64,000 nucleotides of DNA from Octopus vulgaris (GCA_951406725.2 OX597839.1:28892001-28956000), one strand, 5' to 3'; counted from the first letter of the stretch, positions 11,721-26,122 are shown. The notes: a model not told the origin generated them from the sequence alone. Program-made: numbers and translations.

Positions 11721-14469
11721 TTTCTTCCCAAGCCATAAGCTCATAAAGCCAGTTTTGTAGGTTCTGCTGTATTTGTTTCTCCCTTGGACAGGAGACTGGT
11801 GTGTCGCAAGGGCACTCATTTCTGCCAGTTGAGTTGATTGAGCAATGTGAAATGATGTATTTTACTGAAGAACACAACATATTGTCTGGTCCATGAATCA
11901 AAACCACAATCTTATAATCATTATCACGACCATCACCATTGGGCAAATGACTTATACTATAACCACTCCAGGCTCACTAATTCCTTGTGAGTGAATTTGG
12001 TAAATGGAAACTGCATGGAAGCCTCTCATTTATGTATATGTATGTACCGGTGCCACATAACAGGCATGGGAGATGGTACCTGTAAAAAGCACGCAGTCCA
12101 CTCTGTAAAGTGGTTGGCATCAGGAAGGGCACCCAGCTGTAGGGTCCATGACAAAACTGACTTTGGAACCTGGCATGGCCCCAGGTTTTGCCAGCCCCTT
12201 TCAAGCCATCCACCCCATGCCAATATGGGAAATGGATGCTAAATGATGATGATGATGCGTGGATGTGTATTTATCTATGCTGCCTCCACCACCATTTGAT
12301 AATTGGTGTTGGTCTGTTTACATCCCTGGTGTAGTCTTCTACCTGGCCAGCTCCTGTCAAACCATCCAACTCATGCCAGCATGGAAGATGGATGTTAAAT
12401 GATGATGATGACTTAGCAGTTTGGTCAATAGAGACTGATAGAAGAATAAGTAACACTTAAAACTGAGCTGGGGGGTTGATCTGTTCGACTAAAGCCATCA
12501 AGGTGGTGCCCCAGCATGGCAGCAGACCAATGACTGAAACAAGAAAAAGATGAAAAACTGATAGGTTTTGCTATGACCACCACTCCTTAGCACCACCACC
12601 ACCACCACCGTCCATCTTCACCACCACCACCGTCCATCTTCACCACCACCACCGTCATCATCATCACCATCATCATTGTAATCACCACTATCACTTCCGT
12701 CATCATCACCATCATCACCGTCATCACCACCATCATCACCATTATTGACACCATCGCCGTCATCATCACAACCACCACCACCACCATCGTCATAATCATC
12801 ACCCTACCATCGCCACCATCACCGTCGTCATCATCACCACCATCGCCACCATTACCACCACCACCACCATCGCCACCTCCTTCACGTCCAGCACCGTCTA
12901 TTTTAATAAAAGTTCCTTTTCAATAAATCTATCGCTTTATCAGTTCCATGAAAGAAATCTCCTCCGCCTCAACTCCTATTCCCACCTCTCACCCGTTCTC
13001 TCTCTCTTCTTCTCTTTCACTTTATCTCTCTTTTCCTCTATCTCTTCCTGTCTCTTTCTCTTTCCCCCTCTCTTTTCTCTCTCTCCATCTTACTCTCTCT
13101 CTCTCTCTCACGACGTCTTTTAACTCTGTCCCTTTCCTCTCTCTTCCTTCCCCCTCATTGGCTGTTTGTTCCTCTTCCAACTCTCAAACCCCTCCTTCTC
13201 TATCAATCTTACCTTTACTCCCCTCCCTCTCTCTCTTTCTGGTTATTTCTCAAATACCTCCTCCCGCTCCTCCTCCGTATATGTCGTCCCTCATTATCTA
13301 AATCTTTCCTTACCTCCTCCTTCATCTCCTCATTCACCCATATATTATTGTCATCTCTTTCTTTTCTTCCCCCTCTCTATTCGAACTTTTGTCTCTTACT
13401 TTCCTTATCTTGATATCTCACTCTTTCTGATTCCACGCTCTCTCTCTCTCTCTCTCTCTCTTGCATTTTGGTTCTGCACTCTCTTTCACTCTCCCTCTAT
13501 TTCTCTCTACCTCTCTCTCATTTTGGTTCCGCTCTCACTGTCTCTGTCTATCTGTCGTCTGTCTCTCTGATTCCATTCTCTCTCTCTCTCTCTCTCTTTC
13601 TTTCTTGTTTTGCTCTCTCTCTCTTTTTCTGGTTCCGCTCTCTCTCTCTGTTTCTCTCTTTCTGTTTTCGCTCTCTGTCTGTCTGTCTCTCTTTCATTTT
13701 AGTTTCGCTCTCTCTCTCTCTCTCTTCCCCTTCCCCTTGTCACCACACTTTCATTTCTCAATTCTCCCTCTCTCATTAGCTTTCCCTTTCTCTGCTTCCC
13801 CCTTCGATCTTCAAACGTTTCTCTCTCACTTCCCTCCCTCATTATCTCTCTCTCTCACACACTCTACTCCTCCTCTCTCTTCACAAGTTTCTCTCTCTCT
13901 TTCATGTAACACAATCCAACATACAACAGGAAGAGAAGCAACAACGACCTTGTAACATCCAAACACAATCTCTGTATGTGGTGTGTGTGTGTCTGTATAT
14001 ATATATACACGTGTGTGTCTATATACATATTCTTTATTATGTGTGTGTGTGTTTATGTATGCATATGTATTAGTGTGAATAAACGTGTGTGTATTTAAAT
14101 TATATGCATCATTTTTTCATGCGTTTTTCTGCGTGTGTACGTGTTTGTGTATGACTATTTGTGGCCCCTTGTGGGTAATAAAGAAATAGTGTATGACTAT
14201 TTGTGTGTGTGTGTGTGTGCGCGTATGTGTGTATATATTTATATGACACCGTGTGTGTGTGTGTGTGCGTGCGTACGCGTGTGCATCTGTGACTTAGTCG
14301 TGTGTGTGATATCTGCGTGCAGTGTGCAACTGTGTAAGTTTAGCATCTGCAGTTTTCCTTAGATTAACAAAAGTGGCACCACCGTCCGTCCCCACCGCCG
14401 CCCTCCACGCGGACACCACAAACTTTACTACTACTACTACTACCACTACTACTACCACCACCACCACCT

Positions 14470-14502
<33 letters not shown>

Positions 14503-15016
14503 TCGTTGTTTCGGCCGCCCCCACCGTCTCTATCATCCCCATTACTAATTAACAATGCCACTACTTATCACTTCTTACTAACGCCTAAACCTCATCAGAT
14601 ATTCCACCCCACCCCCCCACATACTATTCTATCAACTCTACATCACCCCCACCCCCCATCATCCACTTCTACCTAAAATTTCCGATTCAGTTACTACCTC
14701 TCACTACTACTCCTACCCTTTTTACCAGCGGCTGGTGATGGTGGTGGTGATGCTGGCGGTTGGTGAGGACGACGTAAGCGCCTATCACCACAGTCTGTCA
14801 CGACCAACTTTATCCTATCCTCTGTCACCATCGTCATCACCGCTATCTCGCTGTCAACAGCAACACCGCCACTACTCTCACCCCCCACACCACCACATAA
14901 CCATCGCCAATAAGCCTTGCATTAGGAAACTTTGACTAAACAATTCCAGACACTCAGTTCGTAATTCGTACTTTTATCTCTTGTTTGCTCATTTGACTGT
15001 AGCCATTACTTTGGTT

Positions 15017-15596
15017 CAGTGGTTCTCAACTGGAGTCCATTTAAGATTTTGGCAGGGTCCACACGACAAAATAGTAAAGTGGGGATCCACAATAGCATTT
15101 TAAGGGCCCCTAAAAAAATGATGCTTTAGATTGTATGTATTTACAAGGATCCTTTCTCTAGCATTTTACCTGATTCAACTTCATCATCATCATCATCGTT
15201 TAGCGTCCGCTTTCCATGCTGGCATGGGTTGGACGGTGCAACTGGGGTCTGGGAAGCCAGAAGGCTGAACCAGGCCCAGTCTGATCTGGCAATGTTTCTA
15301 CGGCTGGATGCCCTTCCTAACGCCAACCACTCCATGAGTGTAGTGGGTGCTTTTTACGTGCCACCAGCACAGGTGCCAGGCAAGGCTGGCAAACGGCCAC
15401 GGTCGGATGGTGCTTTTTATGTGCCACCGGCACGGAGGCTGGCAATGGCCACGATCGGATGGTGCAAGTTAATGTAACAAAAGCATAGCAAGAATGTTTG
15501 AAAGACGTATCTCTATAAAACTAGTTTTTAAACATTGAATAGTTATGGGGTCCACCAGAATAAAATGGTAATCAAAGGGGTCTGTGGATGGTTGAG
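15017..15596 (+). mobile_element. hAT-like MITE interrupted by a family C element (15183-15465)
   Basis: Starts CAGTGGTTCTCAAC and ends ...GGTTGAG; same family at 36894-37149 and 40592-41167 (the latter with an internal ~230-bp duplication). Confidence 0.65.
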
Positions 15597-15949
15597 TATC
15601 TGCCATGACTTCGATTTTGCTCAACTTGATGGGTCTTCTTCTTCACAAGCATCACATAATGCCAAAGATCTCAGTCACACATGTATATATGACAGGCTTC
15701 TTTCAGTTTCTGTCTACCGACTCCACCGATAAGGCTTTGGTCAGCCTGGGCCTAAAGTAGAAGGTGCCATGCAATAGGATTGAATCTCGGAATGGATGGT
15801 GGGGAAGCAAGCTTCTTTGCCCACACAGCTATGTCTGTGCCTAGATGAAAAAATTGAATGCGTGCGTTTGTGAGTTTACATCTCTTTATAACTCTTTTAC
15901 TTGTTTCAGTTTGAGAGCTGTGGCCATCCTGGGGCACCACCATTGTCTC

Positions 15950-16175
15950 TTACTGTTTTTTCATGAATTCTGTTTTTACATTTGGCTTTTGGTGAATGAA
16001 AGAATTTGATGTTGCTGCCCTTGTTTGTGTTTCCTGCTGTGAAATTAGCTCCTCTGGGGATCTTGACTGAAAGAAATCCAGTTCTGTTTTGAAGACATCT
16101 ACATCCATTCCATGTAGGTCTCTCAAGTCTTTTGGGAGGATATTGAATAGCCGTGGGCTCTGGAATCCCAAGATA
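15950..16175 (-). mobile_element. CR1/L2-group LINE ORF2 3' fragment
   Basis: GFQSPRLFNILPKDLRDLHGMDVDVFKTELDFF resembles the C-terminal xxFNxLPxxLR...FKxxLD motif. Confidence 0.65.
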
Positions 16176-16185
16176 TTTCACTCTC

Positions 16186-17250
16186 TGACCCTTTGCCATT
16201 CAGATTACTCTGTCAAATGAAAATGCTTCTTTATTCACATTGTTTTGAATTAATCATGTATTATCTCATGGCTTTGAGATTTCCATGTTGAGATCGTTTA
16301 TTTTTAGAAAAAACATTGTTAATGTAAGTGTGAGAGGCTGGATCTGGCCAGTTTGAGCATAAAATGTAAAACAGGTGGAATATTTGGGCAGAATATGACT
16401 AGTTTAACCCTTTTAGCTTTCAGATTACTCTGTCAAATGTAATACTTATTCACATTGTTTTCAATCGATTATGCATTATCTCGTAACCTTGAAATTTCAA
16501 TGACGTAATTGTTTATTTTAAAAATGACATGTAACATAAATATGACAGGCCAGATCTGATCTTCCTTACTTGTACTTGTGATGGTGTTCACCCAGGGTGG
16601 GTTGAGCCGGCTTCTTCTCTGGTCCTGACAGCATAGTAGTAGGATTCATAGAAGAAGTTTCGTGGGAATATTGAATTCACAAGTGGTCCCTGACATCCCG
16701 CATACATATCCTGAGTGACGGGACGCCCTGTTTGCCGCGGAGTCTCCACAGACGCAGGGACAGAATGACCTCGAAGCCGCCGGTTGCTGATCAGACGCCT
16801 CTTGGAATTTTCACTAGAGCCCCATTGGCCAGGCTGTGGCCCTAATACTGCTCGGTGCCTGACCAATCCGCCTTGGGTGGCCCTACCAGGAACTGAAGTT
16901 CCCAACTGCATAGCTCTGACACTGCCCATTTACACCACCCTACCGCTTTGAGGAGGGGTTGCACTTTAAATCTGATCAGTTTGACTTTAGATCTTTTCTG
17001 TTTGAACATAAAAACAGAATATTTGGACTGGATGCGGCTGGTTCAATTCTTTAGCATGCAGGCTTATTTTATTCAAATTATTTTCAATGAATCATGCATT
17101 ATCTGATAGCTTTGAGATTTCAATGACATGATTGTCTATTTTTAGAAAGACATTGTAAGGTTGGTGTGAGTGGCTGGATCTGGCCAGTTCTAACATAAAC
17201 CAGGTAGAACATTTAGACTGGATATGACCAGTTTAAATGCCAAGGGCTGA
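16186..17250 (+). mobile_element. Tandem piggyBac-like (TTAA) MITE copies, split by an RTE 5' fragment
   Basis: TTAACCCTTT(T)AGC...AATGC(C/T)AAGGG termini, three copies; relatives near 34075-34235, 36140-36372, 54410-54600. Confidence 0.7.
16570..16965 (-). mobile_element. RTE-clade LINE 5' region fragment
   Basis: Minus strand AGAGCTATGC...TTCCTGGTAGGGCCACCCAAG matches a motif I recognise from RTE 5' UTRs; GC-rich relative to flanks. Confidence 0.55.
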
Positions 17251-17576
17251 AAGGGACTTTTGAACAGCCCTGTATAATTCTAAACTATTGTATATTTACT
17301 GTGTTCATGTTCAAAGGAATGTTTGACATGAAAGTTAATATGTCACAGAGTCTATATGATATAAAGGCAATTATCTTGAGTTATCTGCAACAAGGATAAC
17401 GGACATCTGAGTTGGCTCTTTATGAGCTTCTCTTGTTTCATGTAAGTTTCTGTTTTCTTCATGTTTCTGCACAAAATTTCTGTTTCACGCCTCTCCTACT
17501 CCAAGCAAACGGCATGTCTTCTGTTCAAATCTACTTTACCCCATCACTAAAATATGCAGTAATGTAATCCAAATTT

Positions 17577-17612
<36 letters not shown>

Positions 17613-17880
17613 CTATAAATACATCTTTTATCTTTTACTTGTTTCAGTCATTAGACTGCAGCCAAGCTGGGGCACCTCATTGAAATAGTTTTAGTTGAAT
17701 GACTCAAACCCAGTACTTATATATATATATATATATATATACATACACACACACACACTCTTTTACTTGTTTCAGTCATTTGACTTCGGCCATGCTGGAG
17801 CACCGTCTTTAGTTGAAGAAATCGACCCCAGGATTTATTATTTGTAATCTTAGTACTTATTCACACAGCCACTCCTGCGC

Positions 17881-17929
<49 letters not shown>

Positions 17930-18555
17930 CGGCGGTGCATCAGCATGGCCGCAGCTCTGAGCTGAAACTAGAAAAAACAAAAAAAAAACAAAAAAAAAAA
18001 TACTTATTGTTAAGCCTGGTACGTATTCTGTTGGTCTCTTTTGCTGAACTGCTAGGTTACAGATATGTAAACACATCGATACCAGTGTTCTAGCAGTAGT
18101 GGGGGACAAACACAAAAGCATACACACACACACACATTGGGCTTCTTTCAGTTTCCGTCTACCAAATCCACTCACAAGGCTTTGGTTGGGCCAAGGTTAT
18201 AGTAGAAGTCACTTACCCAAGGTGCCACACAGTGGGACTGAACCTAGAACCATGGTCAGGAAGCAGACTTCTAACCACACAGCCACACCTGTGTCTGTTA
18301 TATATCAGAATTTAACTTTTTGTCTGTATATTCTTTCAGTGAACATGCAAATGCCATAGCCCCGAGTAATTTATAACTTATAAAAGCATTTGTTGAGCAC
18401 TGTTAGTGAACTATATCCTCCTCCTCCTCCTCATCATCATCACTACCATATTACCTCTGGCACGACCACTAACACCAGAACCACCACCACCACTTGTTTC
18501 ACTGCCCCCGCTGCCACCACTACAACTAATGCCACCACTACAACTACTGCCACCG

Positions 18556-18604
<49 letters not shown>

Positions 18605-20204
18605 CACTACCACCACCACCTCTACCACTAGTGCTGCCACCACCAACACCACTACTGCCGCCACCACCACCATAACCTCACCACCACCAGAACCACCACC
18701 ATAACCAGCACCACCTGCACTATCACCACTGCAGCTACAACCAACACTATAACTGCCACCACCATCAACATCACCTCTCCACCATGGCCACCACTACTGC
18801 TGCTGTTACCACCACCATAGCCCCACCACCACCACCACCACCACCATCCGCAACACCAAAACAATGTCCTGGCAGGTAAACAAGACAATCGATCCGTTTC
18901 AGTTTGTCCAAAAAATATTTGCTGTTCCCAAGGAAGCAGTTGCCCCCATCTATGTCATCGCACGATGTGTGTGTGTGTGTGTGTATGGTGTATGAGTGTA
19001 TGTGTGTGTATGTATATGGATGTGTGTGTGGTGTGTATGTGTGTGTCTATGTATGTGTGGTGTATGTGTATGAGTGTATGGTGTGTGTGTGGTGTGTGTG
19101 TGTGGTGTGTGTATGTGGGTGTGTATGAGTGTGTGGTGTATGTGTATGAATGCGTGTGTGGTATGTATGTGTATGAATGTGTGTGGTGTGTGTGTGTGTG
19201 GTATGTTTGTGTGTGGTATGTATGTGTGTGGTGTGTATGTGTGTGTCTGCATGTGTGTGTGTGGGTGTGCACAGACCTCCCCCCCGCCTCTTACCAATAA
19301 AGATCTCTTTTGCCAGATAACACCAGTCACCATTGCTGTTGGTGTAATTCTAGGCCACTGACTCGGGGACCATTTGGTGACAAGCTATGAATGTAAGGAA
19401 GAGGGCATCAGTTGATGTCTAACTTTTGTTCAGTGCACACCCTGGCTCAAATTTGCTGTACCTTTTCTTCAATTACAAGATAGGGTCCAAAAGTTCCCGG
19501 ACTTGTTATGTTTAATAAAAAAAATAACTTCATATAGGCACAAGAGTGGCTGTGTGGTAAGAAGCTTGCTTCCCAACCACATGGTTCTGGGTTCAGTCCC
19601 ACTGCGTGGCACCTTGGGCAAGTGTCTTCTATTATAGCCTCAGGCCAACCAAAACTTTGTGAGTGGATTTGGTGGATGGAAACTGAAAGAAGCCTGTTGT
19701 ATATATGTGTGTGTGTGAATTTTTGGCAAGTGTCTTCTACTATAGCCTTGGGACTACCAATGCCTTGAGAATGGATTTGGTAGACGGAAACTTATAATCG
19801 GTTATAGCAGCAACTCCATCTAAGAATATCTGAAGAAGGAATGCTATTCCAAAATATCATATCAGACTATGGATGACTAAATTACAACAGGTATACACAG
19901 CCCATTGTCTGCATTATAGTGCACTGTTGTACCATTCATAACTTTTTATTCTTTACAAACAATACACAATGCTTCAAGCAAACTACAATACTCTCCTATA
20001 TATATATATATTGTGTTGAGTATTGGTGTGGGTGCTGATGCCACGTAGAAAGCACCCAGTACTCTCTGTAAAGTGGCTGGTGTTAGGAAGGGCATCCAAC
20101 TGTAGAGATCGTGCCAAAACAGACAATGGAACCTGGTGTGGCCACTGGCCTTACCAGCCCCAACCGGTGCCAACATGGAAAATGGACTTGAAATTTTGAT
20201 GATG

Positions 20205-20880
20205 AGTCAAAAGTTTTTGCAATATTTTGGTTACTTATTTGCTCCGTCTGTCAAGTTACACCAAAAGCAGCCTAGCATTCAAAAGTAGAAGCCAATGTGT
20301 TGCATCATCTGAGGCCACGTTTCTGCTAATTCTTTGATCCCATGTTAATACTGGTTCTTGTCCTTCATTTGGTTGGACAAGAAATGAGCCATGGCTTGGA
20401 ACAAGTAATAATTCAAAGGAGCAAAGTCTGGACAATATATTGGCTGTGGTGTCAGTTTGATTCCGCCAAGTTCTTGGAGTTTATTCCTCATTGTTCCAGC
20501 AGTATGCCTTGTGTTTTCCTGCCGCAAAAGAGCTCATTTTCTGTTAACCAACACTGAGTAATTTTATTGCATAGTGGCATACACCTGTGTGATGCTGAGC
20601 TCACCTGATACTCTCTGAGTTTTACTCACTGATTTGCGTTTATGACTTGGAATATAAACCTGGGAATCCATAATTTTAAGGCCTACCTGACCTTGCTTGA
20701 TCATTGAGGTTTTTGCAACCTGAGTGAAATTTCTTGAACTTCTATGATTACTTGTATCTTCGACTTCTGTGTAACAAATTTTTTGGTTGCTTCTGTGGAA
20801 TTGTGGCCCAGTTCAAACACAGAATTAGATGATGTACTATGTTCATCTGTAAAGCAATACACATGTTAGAACAGCAACTA
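20205..20880 (-). mobile_element. Decayed mariner transposase relic
   Basis: QENTRHTA..RNKLQELG.IKLTPQPIYCPDFAPLNYYLFQAMAHFL corresponds to mariner HDNARPH...LPHPPYSPDLAPSDYHLF. Confidence 0.8.
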
Positions 20881-21289
20881 TTACGGTTCTACCTCAGCGG
20901 GTAACTTCCATGGTTTGAACTGCTTTTGTCACTGTGGTGTATGCAGGAGATTTGAAATAAGGACACCTACCTTTTCTTCGTCTATGCAGACCTCTCCAGT
21001 GGTAACGTACCCTTTCATGTGACCCAACGCAAACGCTAGAAATAGCAGCTGCTTTTCCCCTACCTTGACAAAGCGCTTGCATGTCCAGCTCTGTCGGCTG
21101 CCCCGATCGAAAAAGCTCAATCCTCTCCTGCCTGCACACGCGTCACTCCTGCCCTTTCCTCTTCCGGTCAGCTCCCCAGCTGCTGATGTCACCCCACAGT
21201 CACATTTTATAATTATGACAGCCCAGCAAAGATGATAACAACATCAGTCCAAGACATTCATCCTTCTCTGCCTCCAGCACATTATTTCA

Positions 21290-21690
21290 CATGGGAGTGG
21301 ATGTGGCCAACCAGACAGACATGAGACAGGTGGATCCTGTGGTACAGAAGGGCTGAGAGTGACCCCAAATAACAGCCACAGGATGCTGATGACGACATCT
21401 CCTCTCTTCATGCAATCTCCTGTGCGGTTTCAAAGTGCTCCACTTCAGCATCACACATGAACCTCCAGGCCTTCCACTTAACAATTAGGGGCTTCAATAG
21501 ATAGGGAAGGATATCCCATAAAATGAGAGGCCACTTGAAATTATGATGGAAACAAAGTTTTGGATGTCTATGAGGCCTGCTTCTAGTCTCAGTCGCATTG
21601 AAGAGGACCGTTTTTGGGAGCCAGGCACCTGGCATCTGAATCACATGGCCATCCAGAAGAGAAGATGGCTTCTCTGCTGGTCATATTACA
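21290..21690 (-). mobile_element. RTE-type LINE ORF2 C-terminal relic
   Basis: GHVIQMPGAWLPKTVLFN..ETRSRPHRHPKLCF corresponds to GHVxRMxxxRLPKxxL...GxRPxGRPxxR. Confidence 0.7.
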
Positions 21691-22174
21691 CAACTTTAAA
21701 GGCATCCAGCTGTACAAACCTTGCCAGATCAGATTGGATCCTGGTGCAGCCTCCTGGCTTGCCAGCTCCCTCAGTCAAACCGTCCAACCCATGCCAGCAT
21801 GGAAAACGGATGTTAAATGATGACGACAATGATGATGATGATATATACATATGACGGCCTTCTTTCAGTTTCCATCTACGAAATCCACTCAAAAGGCTTT
21901 GTTCAGCTTGAAATTATAGCAGAAGACACTTGCCCAAAGTGCTGTGCAATGGGATTGAACCTGGAACCTTGTGGTTAAGAACCAAACTTCTTACCGCAAA
22001 GCCACACATCCCTCCACGCCAGCCCCTTCTACACCCGTCGCTTCTTTATCCACCGACCCCTACTCCTGCCTGCTTGAAACTGCTGCTTGATCCTTGCAGC
22101 TGGCTTTCACCTCTTTAAGTAAATATAAACTAGACAGAGCCCAGACAATGTGTCTAATTGCCTGTCTTTCTACA

Positions 22175-22308
<134 letters not shown>

Positions 22309-22799
22309 TGTGCAGATATAAGTTTGCATGTAACATGTGGGTATGTTTATCTGTATGTGTGTATATATGTGTATTTATGTGCATGCGTCTATGCATGTTT
22401 GTATGTTGTACATGTCTGTTTGTGAGTATGTCTATCTGTATGTGTATATGTGTGTGTGTGTACATGCTTCTATGCATGTTTGTGTGTGTGTGTGTGTGTG
22501 TGTGTGATTTCATGTATGTGTGTGTATGAGTGCTAGTTTGCACATCTGTGTACATTTGTATGTTTGCATGTGTGTATACATCCATGTGTGTCTTTGTATC
22601 TACATGCAAGTGTGAATGCATATGTGTGTGTGTGTACATGCTTCTGTGCATATTTGTATGCGTGTGTTCATGTATGCGTGTGTATGTGTGTGTATGAGTA
22701 CTAGTTTGCACATCTGTGTACATTTGTATGTTTGCATGAGTGTATACCTCCATGTGTGTCTGTGTGTATGTGCAAGTGTTTGTCTGTAAGTGTGAATGC

Positions 22800-22834
<35 letters not shown>

Positions 22835-22967
22835 ATGCGTATAACTCTACACATGTGCACATGTATATGCAATTATGTGTACATTATGTGTCATGTGTGA
22901 GTGTATATGTATGTGTGTATACATATTTGAAAATCTTCATGAATTTATTTATGTATATGTGTGTGTC

Positions 22968-23014
<47 letters not shown>

Positions 23015-23016
<2 letters not shown>

Positions 23017-23372
23017 GCATAGCTGTGTGCTAAGAAGCTTGCTTCCCAACCACATGGTTCCAGGTTCGGTCCTACTGTATGGTACCCTGTGGGCAAGTGT
23101 CCTCTTCTATAGCCTCAGGTCAGCCAAGACCTTTTGAGTGGATCTGGTCGACGGAAACTGAAAGAAGCCTATTGTATATATATATATATATTCTTTTATT
23201 TGTTTCAGTCATTTGACTGTGACCATGTGGAGTCCCACTTTTTGGTCAAATAAATCGACCCAAGGAGTTATTTTCTGTAAGTCTAGTACTCATTCTATCG
23301 GTCTCTTTTTGCTAAACAGCTAAGTTACAGGGACGTAAACACACCAACATCGGTTCTCAAGTGATGATGGTG

Positions 23373-23429
<57 letters not shown>

Positions 23430-23828
23430 GATGGGCTTCACTCAAATTCTGTCTACCAAATCCACTCACAAGGCTTTGGTCAGCCCGAGGCTATAGCAGA
23501 AGACACTAGACGAAGGTGCCACACAGCGGGACTGAACCCGGAACTGTGTGGTTGATAAGCAAGCTACTTACCAGACAGCCACTCTTGTGCCTGCATATAT
23601 ATGTAGGTATGTATTTGTGTGTCTGTATTTATCCTCCGCACCATCTCTTGACAACTGATGTTGGTGTGTTTATGTCCCCATCACTTAGTGGTTCAGCAGA
23701 AGAGAATGATAGAATAAGTAATAGGCTTACAAAGAATAAGTCCTGGGGTCGATTTGTTCAACTAATGGTGGTGCTCCAGCATGGTCGCAGTCAAATGACT
23801 GAAACAAGTAAAAGAGAGAAAGAATAAA
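23015..23828. mobile_element. Full SINE-A (minus, ~23192-23592) nested in the central microsatellite of a plus-strand SINE-A
   Basis: 5' half at 23015-23175 and 3' half at 23600-23828 flank a complete reverse copy. Confidence 0.85.
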
Positions 23829-23876
23829 AGTGCATATGTTTTTGAAAGTTTGTACGTATGTATATATAAGTCTATG

Positions 23877-23915
<39 letters not shown>

Positions 23916-23964
23916 TTTATACGTATATATCACATATGCACAAATGTCTTTATCTGTGTGTGTC

Positions 23965-24020
<56 letters not shown>

Positions 24021-24021
24021 C

Positions 24022-24085
<64 letters not shown>

Positions 24086-24088
<3 letters not shown>

Positions 24089-24483
24089 CGCAGGAGTGGC
24101 TGTGTGGTAAGTAGCTTGCTAACCAACCACATGGTTGCGGGTTCAGTCCCACTGCGTGGCATCTTGGGCAAGTGTCTTCTGCTATAGCCCCGGGCCGACC
24201 AATGCCTTGTGAGTGGATTTGGTAGACGGAAACTGAAAGAAGCCTGTCGTATATATGTATATATATATGAGTGTGTGTGTGTTTGTGTGTCTGTGTTTGC
24301 ACCCCCTAGCATTGCTTGACAACCGATGCTGGTGTGTTTGCGTCCCTGTCACTTAGTCGTTCGGCAAAAGAGACCGATAGAATAAGTACTGGGCTTACAA
24401 AGAATAAGTCCTGGGGTCGATTTGCTCGACTAAAGGCGGTGCTCCAGCATGGCCACAGTCAAATGACTGAAACAAGTAAAAGA

Positions 24484-24485
<2 letters not shown>
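24086..24485 (+). mobile_element. Young full-length SINE-A
   Basis: GGCGCAGGAGTGGCTGTGTGGTAAG head through TGACTGAAACAAGTAAAAGA tail with CpGs retained. Other full copies at 25095-25487, 50452-50852 (-), 55205-55590, 55625-55995, 62455-62845. Confidence 0.92.
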
Positions 24486-24517
<32 letters not shown>

Positions 24518-26035
24518 CCCCGTACCCGTGTGCTGTCTGTATATCCGCATGTATGCTTACATGGGTTTGTTCAAGCTGCGATATATGCATATATACATGC
24601 ATGTATGTATGTGTGTGTGTGTGTGTATACATGTGTATGACTGCATGTTTGTCTGTATGTGTGCATGTATGTGTGTGAGCTATTTTATGCATATGAACCT
24701 GCATGCGAGTATGTTTGTATATATACATATGTGCATGACTACGCTTGTGTGTGTGCGTGTGTGTGCGTGTGAGCATGTGTGTGTGTTTCTGTGTGTCGCT
24801 GTGACCTCTAGACCATGCTGTCATTGTTTGTGATAATTGAGGAACAAATTTTAGAAAAGCTTTGCGACATGTTTCACTTCACACACACACACACATACAC
24901 ACATACACACATCCATGCACACACATACATCCACACATATATACATCCACACACATGCACACACATACATACACACACGCACAGACATATACGCATGCAT
25001 ACATATATGCACACACACACACATCTGCTAGATGAGAGTTAAGATAGAACTGACAATAGGTTAGACATACACACACACACACACACACAAAATTAGTGGC
25101 TGTGTGGTAAGTAGCTTGCTTATGAACTACATGGTTCTGGGTTCAGTCCCACTGCATGGTACCTTGGGCATGTGTGTTCTACTATAGCCTTGGGCCAACC
25201 AAAGCCTTGTGAGTGGATTTGGTGGACAGAAACTGAAAGAAGCCCATTGTTTCTATGTATATGTATGTGTGTGTATGTGTATATCTTTGTGTGTCTGTGT
25301 TTGTCCCCCGAACATCGCTTGACAACCGATGCTGGTGTGTTTACATCCCTGTAACTTAGTGGTTCAGCAAAAGAGACCGATAGAATAAGTACTAGGCTTA
25401 CAAAGAATAAGTCCTGGGTCGATTTGCTCGACTAAAGGTGATGCTCCAGCATGGCCACAGCTAAATGACTGAAACAAGTAAAAGAGTATATATGAATTTA
25501 TGCATACATATACACACACACACTTTCATACATACGCATGTAAACACACATATATACATACTAAACTGAACGCATATATACATAGAAGCCTACATACATC
25601 TATATATATATTCTTTTATTTGTTTCATTCATTTGACTATGGCCATGCTGGTGCACCACCTTTAGTAGTACAAATTGACCCTAGGACTTATTCTAGTGGC
25701 ATGTAAAAAGCACTTTCTACACTCACGGAGTGGTTGGCGTTAGGAGGGGCATCCAGCTTTAGAAGCAATGCCAGATCAGACTGGTGCCTGGTGCAGCCTC
25801 CTGGCTTCCCAGACCCCGCTTGAACCTTCCAACCCATGCTAGCATGGAAAACAGACGTTAAACGATGATGATGATGATGATGATAAACACACACACGCAC
25901 ACACACACAAGTCTTAACTGGTCGAAATTTTGAAGTCACTGTGAACACTATTTTTGAAAGAGAAAAATAAATTTGTAGTCTACAAAAGTACGGAGTAACC
26001 CATCAGATTAATGTAAAAGTATATATATTATATAG

Positions 26036-26086
<51 letters not shown>

Positions 26087-26122
26087 CAAAAATTGTGAAG
26101 CATGACTGTCACCACTACTACA

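Noticed and set aside
18390-18850. Mucin-like Thr-rich ORF
   Set aside because: Compound (ACT)n/(ACC)n/(GCT)n repeat without convincing splice or start context.
20894-21192. Overlapping 81- and 87-aa ORFs
   Set aside because: No recognisable motif or splice support; wedged between mariner and RTE relics, so probably TE-derived.
24086-24160. tRNA-like A/B box sequences
   Set aside because: SINE heads continuous with SINE bodies; no complete cloverleaf.
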